Assembly: GCA_964512835.1 (NCBI GenBank)
Contig: CAZELA010000001.1
Coordinates: 169,372-233,371, forward strand
Direction: 5' to 3'
Source of the DNA: an uncultured Candidatus Saccharibacteria bacterium
GTDB lineage: Bacteria > Patescibacteriota > Minisyncoccia > Phycocordibacterales > UBA2100
Length of the DNA stretch: 64,000 nt
Position numbers and translations under genes: made by a program
Shown: one piece after another, positions 55,987 to 64,000 of the stretch
How positions within the stretch are numbered: the first letter of the stretch is position 1
Layout: each line of letters starts with the position of its first letter
Notes under the pieces: model-generated
Databases searched by the model: none
What the model saw: only the letters and a program-made list of their open reading frames with translations
Told to the model about the DNA's origin: nothing

Positions 55987-56518
55987 GCAGGAACAAGACG
56001 AATGCTACGCCGGCGAGGGCGGCAAGAAGAGCGCCGACGGCGCCTACAATCGAAGACGTTGACCAGTACGATGGTTTTCGGTCGTCGACACGAAACGGAA
56101 GCGTGCCGTTTTCAATCGTTGTGTCGCCGCGGACGTACCGCACATTGATCGAATACTGACCGGCCGAAGGAAGTGCTATCGAAAAGCCGGTGGGTCCGAA
56201 TGATGCTTTTGCGATCCATCCGGAGAAGATTGTGTCGCCCTCGGGTAATTCATTTTTCTGCACAATGCGTACCCAAACGCGTTCAAAATCAACCGATTTG
56301 GTGCGGGCAGGATCCGTATAGAGCTTCAGATCGAATCGACCCGATTCACCGGCGTACACGACGTAGTCGCTGTAGTCGACGTCAATGTAATGGGAGGTTG
56401 TCGTTGCGCTTAATGTAAGCCCGCTACCGTGTGCGTAGGCATTTCGCGGCGTGAAAGCGAGAAAGATACAGACACCGACGAGCGCCGCAATGATCGCGAG
56501 AACGATCCCGGTTTTCAT
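55967..56518 (-). CDS. Exported protein with an N-terminal His after signal cleavage and a C-terminal transmembrane anchor (second YcnI-like architecture)
   Basis: Signal AYA|HGSG, beta-rich body, C-terminal anchor. Convergent with the CopCD gene. Confidence 0.4.
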   Translation of the reverse strand: MKTGIVLAIIAALVGVCIFLAFTPRNAYAHGSGLTLSATTTSHYIDVDYSDYVVYAGESGRFDLKLYTDPARTKSVDFERVWVRIVQKNELPEGDTIFSGWIAKASFGPTGFSIALPSAGQYSINVRYVRGDTTIENGTLPFRVDDRKPSYWSTSSIVGAVGALLAALAGVAFVLFLLTRRRS

Positions 56519-56519
56519 A

Positions 56520-57578
56520 TCAGATGCCGCTCGAGATTGAGAATGCGGCCGTGCAGGACGTGGACCCGCCGTAGCCTGAGACATTGAGTTTGATGGTTTG
56601 CGAGTCACCCGCGATCGAAGACGCGAACAGAGAACCGGTCGGATACTGGTTTCCGAAGGGGAGTGCGATCGGATCCTTAACGGTTCCGTGTTCCCAGTTG
56701 ATCGAATCCGCTCCCGTAGATGTCCAGGAAACTTTGATCGTGTCTTTTGCGTATATGTACGACGATTTATCGGTCGTTACCGTGCATGTCGGGACAGGAT
56801 TGTTGATGACTACGCGCACGTCCCGTCGGATTGATGATGCGGTCGATGTGCTGTTGTCTCCGAGACCCATACAGTTGAGTGAGTACGTGGTCGGAGTAGC
56901 GGTGATTTTGTAGGTTACGCTACCGTTCACACCGGCATCGGGATTCACGACCTCATAGGTGCTACCGTTCAGTTTCTCGACCGTGCAGCTTCGAGCGCCG
57001 GACGTAATCCAATACATCGTTACGGGATCGTTGGTAAGATCAACCGCGCGCGGAGCAAAGGAGAACGTGGTGATCATCGGCGCCGGTCCCGCGCCGAGGG
57101 TGACGGTGGTTGTGGCGCCGTCCGCGAATGTGACGAGCGGGTTTTGCTGTGTCGTCGGCGTAGGCGATGGCGTCGCGGGTACGGTAGTTGTTGCTACGGT
57201 TGCGGTGGTCGGGGTAGATGTCGGCGCGGTTGAACTGACCGTATTGCAGGCGGCGAGTGCGGCGCGTGTTTTGCCGCCGACCGAACCGTAACCGGTTGTT
57301 GCTGCTGTACCGGAACTCACGATCTTTCGCGACGCCTGGAATCGTTGAACAGCTTTCTCCGTAGCGCGACCGAAAAAGCCGCTGACGACGCCCTCGGGAT
57401 AGATGGCAGGGTCGCTCGCGAGATAGGTTTGGAGCGCAGACACATCCGCACCTTTCGAGTTGTATCCGAGTGTCCTCGTGATTGAGGGGCACGTGACAGC
57501 GGCAGACGCGACACCTGTTGTAAAGAATGAAACGATAATGGTGAGTATAAAAAAAGCCCGAAGAAGGTATGTGGCCAT
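56520..57578 (-). CDS. Secreted peptidoglycan-binding domain protein with a Thr/Pro linker and Ig-like repeats
   Basis: PG_binding_1-like LGYNSKGADVSALQTYLA..VSGFFGRATEKAVQRFQ. Confidence 0.6.
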   Translation of the reverse strand: MATYLLRAFFILTIIVSFFTTGVASAAVTCPSITRTLGYNSKGADVSALQTYLASDPAIYPEGVVSGFFGRATEKAVQRFQASRKIVSSGTAATTGYGSVGGKTRAALAACNTVSSTAPTSTPTTATVATTTVPATPSPTPTTQQNPLVTFADGATTTVTLGAGPAPMITTFSFAPRAVDLTNDPVTMYWITSGARSCTVEKLNGSTYEVVNPDAGVNGSVTYKITATPTTYSLNCMGLGDNSTSTASSIRRDVRVVINNPVPTCTVTTDKSSYIYAKDTIKVSWTSTGADSINWEHGTVKDPIALPFGNQYPTGSLFASSIAGDSQTIKLNVSGYGGSTSCTAAFSISSGI

Positions 57579-57587
57579 ATTCCGAAA

Positions 57588-58487
57588 TTATACCGTGAAT
57601 CGTTTCGACAGCTGCGACTGTATTCCGGCGGAGACGGCGTCGTGCTGGCCGTCAGCGGATCTGACAGATGATGTGCTATTGAGTAGCGTGCGTACGGTCT
57701 GTATGGATTTCTTGTACACCTCCGCGACGTGGTGGGACTTTCGGTGCTCGGCATATCGCGAGATAGACTGCAGCTGTGCGAGAATTTGTTCGAGGACTGC
57801 GCGCTGAATCGGATGCTTGCCGAGCGCGTCGTATTCTTCCTCCATCCATAGGTCCATGAGTTCATGCACCGTCTCGCGACTCATGCCGATAATCACGCGG
57901 GGGACGCCTGTTTGTTCCTTGGGTGCGTATTTGATCTTGCTCAAGCGCCCTTTATCGATATCTTCCTGCAGGCGATCAAACTTCTTTTCGAGTGAGCGTG
58001 CGCCGAATGTGACGTCGACTGCGAGGCCGAGTGTGTGGGACTCGGCGCGGTTGGAATGCCACTCCGCGATCATATCGGTGTGGTTGAACATATCGTCGTA
58101 GTCGGTGGTCTTTTGTAGTTTGACGTCTTCGCCGAGCCATCCGGATTCCTGCCCCTCGGTCAGCATCATGGCCTCGAATATTTCGGCCAGCATGTAGGAT
58201 TCTTTTTGTTCGGGAGTACGTTCTGCTTCGTAGCGTGCGCGCTGTTCGCGGGCGTGAGCCATGTCCTTTTCCACCGTTTCTTTGCCGTAGGTTTTTATAT
58301 ACGACTCTGCAGAAACCCGGTGCTGGGGATTGTTGAGGATCTTTACGGCGCGCTTGTGAGCGGCGATGAGTAAAGCATTTTCTGCGTGCTCGTGTGCATC
58401 CTGACTGAGCGTTTTTTGTGCCAGTAATCCCTCGGGAACTGTGCGCCCTGCAGCACGGCGATTGCGACCCATTTCTAAGGAAGTCAT
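57588..58487 (-). CDS. Hypothetical protein (300 aa); mRNA probably leaderless
   Basis: Extended -10 TGCTATAGT lies 7 nt upstream of ATG. The longer ORF-track version overlaps tRNA-Ser and was trimmed. Confidence 0.45.
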   Translation of the reverse strand: MTSLEMGRNRRAAGRTVPEGLLAQKTLSQDAHEHAENALLIAAHKRAVKILNNPQHRVSAESYIKTYGKETVEKDMAHAREQRARYEAERTPEQKESYMLAEIFEAMMLTEGQESGWLGEDVKLQKTTDYDDMFNHTDMIAEWHSNRAESHTLGLAVDVTFGARSLEKKFDRLQEDIDKGRLSKIKYAPKEQTGVPRVIIGMSRETVHELMDLWMEEEYDALGKHPIQRAVLEQILAQLQSISRYAEHRKSHHVAEVYKKSIQTVRTLLNSTSSVRSADGQHDAVSAGIQSQLSKRFTV

Positions 58488-58606
58488 CAAAAAACTATAG
58501 CACCTGGTATCAATCAAATACCCCGGCGCTCGCCTTCGAATCTTTCTCTCTCCATTGTGTCGCTCAATACAAAAGGCCACTCCCGTGGCCTTTTGTATGT
58601 ATCGAT

Positions 58607-58693
58607 GCGGAGAGGGAGGGATTCGAACCCTCGATACCTTTACGGTATGCCGGTTTTCGAAACCGGTGCTTTCGACCACTCAGCCACCTCTCC
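58607..58693 (-). tRNA. tRNA-Ser (anticodon CGA)
   Basis: GGAGAGG acceptor, CCGGT-TTCGAAA-ACCGG anticodon arm, long variable arm, GGTTCGAATCC T-loop. Followed by the terminator ggccactcccgtggcc. Confidence 0.8.
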
Positions 58694-58957
58694 GAGGGCG
58701 AGCTTACGCCCGCCGATTTCCAAGGAATATGCCTCGGAATACGTCTTTTTGTCCTGCAAAGATGCAAATACAAAAAGCCGAATGATCTGGCCGTACGTAA
58801 AGCTAACACACTTTCCGTGCGAGCAAAAATAAGCTATATTCTGAGCCAAGGGCCGTTTTGCGGCCTGTTTTTAAGGGCCTAGCATCAAGCGAGCCGAGCG
58901 AAATGAGCAATAGCTTATTTCCGAGCGAGCGCAGATGTCAGGGCCCGAGTTTACGAG

Positions 58958-59029
58958 GGCCCTATCGTCTAATGGTTAGGACGCCGGCTTTTCAAGCCGT
59001 TAATCGGGGTTCGATTCCCCGTAGGGTCA
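58958..59029 (+). tRNA. tRNA-Glu (anticodon TTC)
   Basis: Resembles canonical tRNA-Glu (TCGTCTAATGGTTAGGAC D-arm, TTTTCAA anticodon loop, GGGTTCGATTCCCC T-arm). A G2-U71 wobble pair is present. Confidence 0.65.
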
Positions 59030-59154
59030 CAATTTTTTTAGCCTTATTTACCAACGCTGTTTGGAACACCCAAACGGGAAAATATAGCGAGTTGGAACCA
59101 CATAAAGAAAAACGCGGCCAATCAAGCCGCGTTTGAAGATGCTGGGGTTGTCGA

Positions 59155-59757
59155 TCAGGCGGAGCGAAAGCGTTTCGCGTCAGCCCATTCGTCACCTTTT
59201 TCTTTGGGGTAGTCATACCACCCGCGAGCGCACCATGTGTCGACCATGTGGCAGAAGGCCGCCAGCTCGTTCATTACACGCCGTTCGCTCGAATAGTCCT
59301 TGTACTCGCCTTCGACGTAGGTGAAGGCATTGAGCTGCGCTGGCGTAAGAACGAGGCCGTACTCGACTAGTTTGGCTTCGCGGAACTCCTTGAATTCCTC
59401 CTTGGTCGAAAGACCTTCACGGTTGGAAGCGTGGCCGTTTTCGACCAATATCCGCCACGGCTTTTCGAGGTCGTGGATGAAGAAGACGAGCAGCGCATCT
59501 GAAAGCGAAAACGGCAACGGCCGTTTTGTAGCCAACAGAAAAGCATAGAGGTGGCGGCAGAGGTTCATCCCGTCTGTCACATGGTCGAGGTACCCACCGT
59601 CCCACGTCTGGTGGTTGTGGGTGGAGCCCCGTGCTTTCTCAAAGAGAGTGCGGTGGTCAGCCAAAATGTTGCGGCATATCCGCTGGTTCGGCTGGTCGAT
59701 CAATGAGAGCAGGTGCTCGATGGGAGAGTAGTTGAGGTTTATCTTGGCCTCGGGCAT
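59155..59757 (-). CDS. HD-domain phosphohydrolase-like protein
   Basis: H..HD..D motif pattern (THNHQTWDGGYLDHV...FFIHDLEK). Terminator hairpin at ~59110-59140. Confidence 0.5.
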   Translation of the reverse strand: MPEAKINLNYSPIEHLLSLIDQPNQRICRNILADHRTLFEKARGSTHNHQTWDGGYLDHVTDGMNLCRHLYAFLLATKRPLPFSLSDALLVFFIHDLEKPWRILVENGHASNREGLSTKEEFKEFREAKLVEYGLVLTPAQLNAFTYVEGEYKDYSSERRVMNELAAFCHMVDTWCARGWYDYPKEKGDEWADAKRFRSA

Positions 59758-60111
59758 TTGACAGGGTCCTTTCCAAATCCAAAGAACTGATCGCACTATG
59801 TTACTTTCCCTACTTCCTGTAAAGCCTGACCAAACCCCTGCCACTGGTACAGCTCCTGCACCAACTGGTTCCAATTCTGTCCCACTTGGGTCACAAACTG
59901 CCAAAAGGACTGGATAATTCCAGTCCTTTTAGCGTTTGTGAAGGCGGAGCGATGTGAGGCCAGCAGGCCGAACCGCGAGCCCGGGGCCGGAAAATTTTCG
60001 AGCGGCGGCGAGGAAATTATTGTGGCTCACAAGGACTTGACGAATGCTGGAATTCATTTACTTTCGATAATAATTTATTGACAAACGATAAATCAAAACT
60101 AGACTGATGAT

Positions 60112-60573
60112 ATGAAAAACGGATCCACATTATTTTTGAAGGCGCTTATTATTTTGATCGGCCTCGCGGTTCTCGGTGTGTGCATCATTTTGTGCGGCGT
60201 CATGATCGGCGGTCACCCCGGCATGTATATACCGGTGATGCTCGTTATGCTCGCAACGGCAGTACCGTTTTTTTATGCGTTGTATCAGGGTTTCAAGTTA
60301 TTGCGATGGATCGACATGAATGAGGCGTTTGCGGAACATTCCGTGCAAGCGATCCGAGTCATTAAATACTGTGGAGCGATCATCAGTGCTGCGTATGCGA
60401 TCTCCATGCCGTATACCGCCTACGTCGCCGATCTCGACGACGCGCCGGGCGTCATCGTGATTGCACTCGTGTTCATGGGTGCACCGCTGGTTACAGCAGT
60501 CTTCGCTGCGGTCCTGGAAAAATTGTTGCGAAGCGCGATCGAATTTAAATCCGAGAACGAGCTCACTGTATAA
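60112..60573 (+). CDS. DUF2975 family membrane protein
   Basis: Four transmembrane segments. Typical partner of the downstream small HTH gene. AT-rich promoter region with TTGACA. Confidence 0.6.
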   Translation: MKNGSTLFLKALIILIGLAVLGVCIILCGVMIGGHPGMYIPVMLVMLATAVPFFYALYQGFKLLRWIDMNEAFAEHSVQAIRVIKYCGAIISAAYAISMPYTAYVADLDDAPGVIVIALVFMGAPLVTAVFAAVLEKLLRSAIEFKSENELTV

Positions 60574-60577
60574 GCGT

Positions 60578-60781
60578 ATGGCTATCACTATCAACATAGA
60601 TGTCATGCTCGCGAAGCGAAAGATGAGCGTCACGGAACTCACAGAAAAGGTGGGTATCACCATGGCCAACATTTCGATCCTGAAGAACGGAAAGGCGCGG
60701 GCCATTCGTTTTTCGACGCTCGAGGCGATCTGTAAGGCCTTGGATTGCCAGCCGGGAGACATTATTGAGTTTACAAAATAG
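60578..60781 (+). CDS. HTH XRE-family (YozG-like) transcriptional regulator
   Basis: MSVTELTEKVGITMANISILKNGKARAIRFSTLEAICKALDCQPGDIIEF. Confidence 0.75.
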   Translation: MAITINIDVMLAKRKMSVTELTEKVGITMANISILKNGKARAIRFSTLEAICKALDCQPGDIIEFTK

Positions 60782-60783
60782 CT

Positions 60784-60984
60784 ATGATGAGCCGATTCTT
60801 CACTCTACTGTTCACGCTCCTGATTGTCCTCGGTGCGTATACCGGTGTGCGGTATCTAAGTTCGATTGTTCACTACAATTGTGCGGTCGAACAAGAGGAT
60901 TGTCCGCCGCCGTTCCGTGTACTTGCCGAGTTCGGCTGGTACGCGACCGGGGGTTCGCTTGTTCCGTTCTGGACACGCGCATAG
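60784..60984 (+). CDS. Small membrane protein (66 aa)
   Basis: Starts 2 nt after the HTH stop. One transmembrane segment and a CxxxxxxxC pair. Confidence 0.3.
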   Translation: MMSRFFTLLFTLLIVLGAYTGVRYLSSIVHYNCAVEQEDCPPPFRVLAEFGWYATGGSLVPFWTRA

Positions 60985-61036
60985 CAGGACACCGCGGTAC
61001 ACTGCGTACGTGAATGTCGTCTTCAATCCGACATTG

Positions 61037-61564
61037 ATGGGTAAGCGAATCGCAAGCGGCGGCGACCGTCGTGTGTATCGCTATGGGACCGATCAGGTCG
61101 TGAAGATTTCTAGTCTCTATTTTTTGACCGGCGATAAGCTGCACAAAAAACTGGCGCGCGACTACGGTACCTGCAGGTTTTACATGCCGGAATTCGTTGT
61201 CGAAACGCATGATGTAACGCAGGGCGGAGGCAAACATATCGAGATCCAGCCGTTCATTAAGGGAGAGCCATTGTCGCGCAAACACTGTTCGCGACCGGAA
61301 GTCCGCGCGCAATTGCAACGCATTACAGAGATTGCAGACCGAATGGAGGCGGACGGTCATCCGCTCATTGATCTTGTCGGTCATCACGGCATGATCGGAA
61401 ACATGCTTGCAAACATACTTGTCGACGATAATCATCGACTTCATATTGTGGATACGACGCTCCTCGAAGGGAAGTCGCTCGGCGCTATAGGGGTCATTCT
61501 CGATATAATCGCGCCGCTTATCCGCATGAAGCAGAACTATCTCCTGAAAAAATTCCTGCGTTAG
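61037..61564 (+). CDS. Protein-kinase-like fold protein (Kdo/Bud32/RIO-type catalytic loop)
   Basis: HHGMIGNMLANILVDDNHRLHIVDTT resembles HGDL..N.L.....IDF catalytic and metal loops. Confidence 0.4.
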   Translation: MGKRIASGGDRRVYRYGTDQVVKISSLYFLTGDKLHKKLARDYGTCRFYMPEFVVETHDVTQGGGKHIEIQPFIKGEPLSRKHCSRPEVRAQLQRITEIADRMEADGHPLIDLVGHHGMIGNMLANILVDDNHRLHIVDTTLLEGKSLGAIGVILDIIAPLIRMKQNYLLKKFLR

Positions 61565-61948
61565 ATGCGATATACTTTCGACATGTATAGTGCGCTCCTC
61601 GTCATACATATAACCGTTGCGGTCGCGACACTCGCACTCATGCTCTACGCGATGTTTGCCATCGTGCGAAATTCTACGGGTTCGTTCACGCTCATGGCGC
61701 GCGTCTTAAGTGCGCTTGCGGGGTTCGAGCTTTTGACCGGCGCGCTCCTCGCCGCTTTTTCCCCGTCGATCTCGATCGCGTCCGTGTGCGATAACTTCGC
61801 GCTCTATATGTTGCTCGTCGTCACGGTTCTCGGTGCGCTGTATGTGCGCACGAGTCGTGCGGGATCGCGATTTCCGGTAACACAAAGCATTTCATCGATC
61901 GCCGGGGGCATGGTGCCCGTTATCATTGCAGCTGCGCTCGGTTTGTAA
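61565..61948 (+). CDS. Membrane protein (127 aa)
   Basis: Four transmembrane segments. Its start codon immediately follows the upstream stop. Confidence 0.5.
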   Translation: MRYTFDMYSALLVIHITVAVATLALMLYAMFAIVRNSTGSFTLMARVLSALAGFELLTGALLAAFSPSISIASVCDNFALYMLLVVTVLGALYVRTSRAGSRFPVTQSISSIAGGMVPVIIAAALGL

Positions 61949-61969
61949 AACGGGAGTATACTGGCGCAC

Positions 61970-62653
61970 ATGAATTGGTACCGACGGGCACTCCTGGGCG
62001 CATTTGCGCTTGCCTGGGTACTCGCAGCCATTAACCCGATCGACCGGAGTACCTGGGTCGTCGAGAACATACTCGTTGTACTGTTCGCGCTCGTGCTGCT
62101 CCTCCTCGCACGGTACTTCAAATTGTCGGATGTTACGTACACGTTCATCACGATATACCTGATCCTGCATCTCATCGGGGCGCACTGGACCTATTCCGAA
62201 GTACCGTTCGGGTATTTTCTCCAGGATCTCATTCATTCACCGCGCAATATGTATGACCGTGTCGTTCACTTTTCGTTCGGTCTTTTGATGGCGTACCCGA
62301 TCCGCGAAGTATTTGTTCGCGTTACGGGCGCAAAGGGTGTGTGGGGGTATTACTTTCCGCTCGACGTTGTACTTTCATTTTCTGCCATCTACGAGATCAT
62401 CGAGTGGTTGACGGCCCAGATCGCCGATCCGTCGACCGGCATTTCTTTTTTGGGTTCGCAGGGCGATATCTGGGACACCCAGAAGGATATGGCGGCAGCA
62501 GGCGTCGGAGCGCTCATCTCGGTGTTGATCGTCTTTGCGATCAACTATATGTACAACCGTAAGCTTGGCGCAGAAATGCGCGAGAGTCTGCGCATAAAGG
62601 ACCCGAACCCGCACGGGGAGGAGAGTTTTTGGAGCCGTTCGCCGTTCGTATAG
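61970..62653 (+). CDS. Membrane protein (227 aa; YjdF/DUF2238-like, tentative)
   Basis: Five to six transmembrane segments. The HWTYSEVP segment was recalled from memory as matching YjdF; this is unverified. Confidence 0.45.
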   Translation: MNWYRRALLGAFALAWVLAAINPIDRSTWVVENILVVLFALVLLLLARYFKLSDVTYTFITIYLILHLIGAHWTYSEVPFGYFLQDLIHSPRNMYDRVVHFSFGLLMAYPIREVFVRVTGAKGVWGYYFPLDVVLSFSAIYEIIEWLTAQIADPSTGISFLGSQGDIWDTQKDMAAAGVGALISVLIVFAINYMYNRKLGAEMRESLRIKDPNPHGEESFWSRSPFV

Positions 62654-62695
62654 GCATTTCACAAAGACTCCACGAGAGGGGTATACTTTGGCCCT

Positions 62696-63454
62696 ATGTC
62701 AGATTCCATTATTGAGATCAAAAACCTTACCAAAAAGTACGGCGATTTTACCGCTGTGGACGGTATATCACTTTCCGTGAAGCGCGGTGAGACGCTCGGC
62801 ATCCTCGGCCCGAACGGTGCAGGCAAAACCACCACGCTTGAGATGATCGAGGGTCTGAAGGCAATAACAAGCGGCACCGTGCTCCTGGACGGCAAGGATG
62901 TTTCGAAACAGACCGATGCGGTGAAAGCCGAGATCGGAGTGCAGCTACAGTCGTCGAATTTTTTTGAAAATCTGAATCTGATCGAGCTGATCGAAACGTT
63001 CGGCTCACTGTACAACAATCGCGTGGACGCCATGAAGCTGCTCGAAGACGTTGAGTTGACCGATAAGGCGCAGAACCAGGCAAAAGAGCTCTCCGGCGGC
63101 CAACGACAGCGATTATCTGTGGCGATTGCGCTCGTGAACGACCCGAAGGTGCTGTTTCTCGACGAGCCAACGACAGGGCTCGATCCGCAAGCGCGACGGC
63201 ACCTGTGGGAGTTGGTCCAGAAGATTAAGGGCCGCGGCAAGACGATCATTCTGACGACTCACTACATGGACGAGGCCGAGGTTTTGTGCGACCGCATTGC
63301 AATCATGGATCATGGAAAGATCATCGCGCTCGATACGCCCGAAAATCTTATCGGGCAGCTGCTGAAAACCGGTTTCAAGAAAGAAGCGGTACCGCAACCG
63401 GCGAACCTCGAAGATGTGTTTCTGCACTTTACCGGCCACGCCCTGCGCGAATAG
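62696..63454 (+). CDS. ABC transporter ATP-binding protein
   Basis: GPNGAGKTT, LSGGQRQRL and LFLDEPTTGLD motifs. Confidence 0.85.
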   Translation: MSDSIIEIKNLTKKYGDFTAVDGISLSVKRGETLGILGPNGAGKTTTLEMIEGLKAITSGTVLLDGKDVSKQTDAVKAEIGVQLQSSNFFENLNLIELIETFGSLYNNRVDAMKLLEDVELTDKAQNQAKELSGGQRQRLSVAIALVNDPKVLFLDEPTTGLDPQARRHLWELVQKIKGRGKTIILTTHYMDEAEVLCDRIAIMDHGKIIALDTPENLIGQLLKTGFKKEAVPQPANLEDVFLHFTGHALRE

Positions 63455-63477
63455 ACACGCAGGTAAATTCAATTGCT

Positions 63478-64000
63478 ATGTACACAACATGGATGCTGAC
63501 CAAAGTCGGATTGAAAATGTTCCTGCGAAACAGGCAGGCGCTCTTTTTCACGCTGTTCATGCCGCTCTTTATCATGCTCATATTCGGATACATCGGATTC
63601 GACAAACCGCAGAAGATCGATGTGGGTCTCGTCGTGCATACACCGAATCAGGAGACCGCGCAGTTCATAGAGGCTGTCCGCACATTTCCGACATTCACGG
63701 TGCACGAGGACACGCTTGAGGCGGAGCGCCGCGAGCTCGATGACGGTAACCGTGCAGCGGTTATTGATGTGCGCGATGATCTTTTGACGGCCGGTCAAAC
63801 GACCCCGAAAGACCTTACGGTGTATACAAACGCAAGCAAAGCAGGCGAAGCGCAAGCGGTCGTCTCGATCCTGAATCAGTCGATCTATCAGATGACGATC
63901 CAAGCGAGCGGTCAGCAACCGATCGTCGCGGTAAAGACCGAAGAGATAAATGCGCATAATTTGCGGTACATCGAGTTTTTGCTGCCGGGCCTGATCGCTC
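63478..64000 (+). CDS. ABC-2 type transporter permease (partial, runs off the window)
   Basis: N-terminal transmembrane segment, then a periplasmic loop typical of ABC-2 permeases. Adjacent to the ATPase gene. Confidence 0.55.
   Translation, partial: MYTTWMLTKVGLKMFLRNRQALFFTLFMPLFIMLIFGYIGFDKPQKIDVGLVVHTPNQETAQFIEAVRTFPTFTVHEDTLEAERRELDDGNRAAVIDVRDDLLTAGQTTPKDLTVYTNASKAGEAQAVVSILNQSIYQMTIQASGQQPIVAVKTEEINAHNLRYIEFLLPGLIA

Overview
High-GC (~60%) bacterial chromosomal window with four parts. (1) Core information-processing genes: rpoB, rpoC, dnaG and sigA on the plus strand, separated by a block of small hypothetical genes. (2) From ~13.3 to 30.1 kb, a co-oriented minus-strand array of about 35 small genes (60-250 aa). 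Most are hypothetical or membrane proteins. Recognisable ones are a GNAT, a HExxH metalloprotease, a YggU(DUF167)/YdeI pair, a GFA protein, two I9-like paralogs and a zinc ribbon protein. Almost every transcription unit is bounded by the same module: a GC-rich hairpin of the GGCCGGAATCC-N3-6-GGATTCCGGCC family, whose trailing T-tract doubles as the -35 box (TTGAYT), then a 15-17 nt spacer and an unusual conserved -10 GCGTAGGAT. This repeated terminator/promoter cassette architecture is the most unusual feature of the window. (3) From 30 to 47 kb: a UvrD-like helicase fused to a Cas4-like nuclease, an S41 peptidase, Hsp20, PrsW, a short valS, tsaD, an MsbA-like ABC exporter, an IMPase-family gene, tRNA-Val, DksA/TraR, tsaC, a ClpP-like gene and alkA-like. 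(4) From 47 to 64 kb: membrane proteins, a copper locus (YcnI-like plus a CopC-CopD fusion, and a second N-terminal-His protein), tRNA-Ser and tRNA-Glu, a DUF2975/HTH-XRE pair, and an ABC-2 transporter. Nothing was computed or searched; all calls come from reading motifs in the supplied ORF translations and the DNA.
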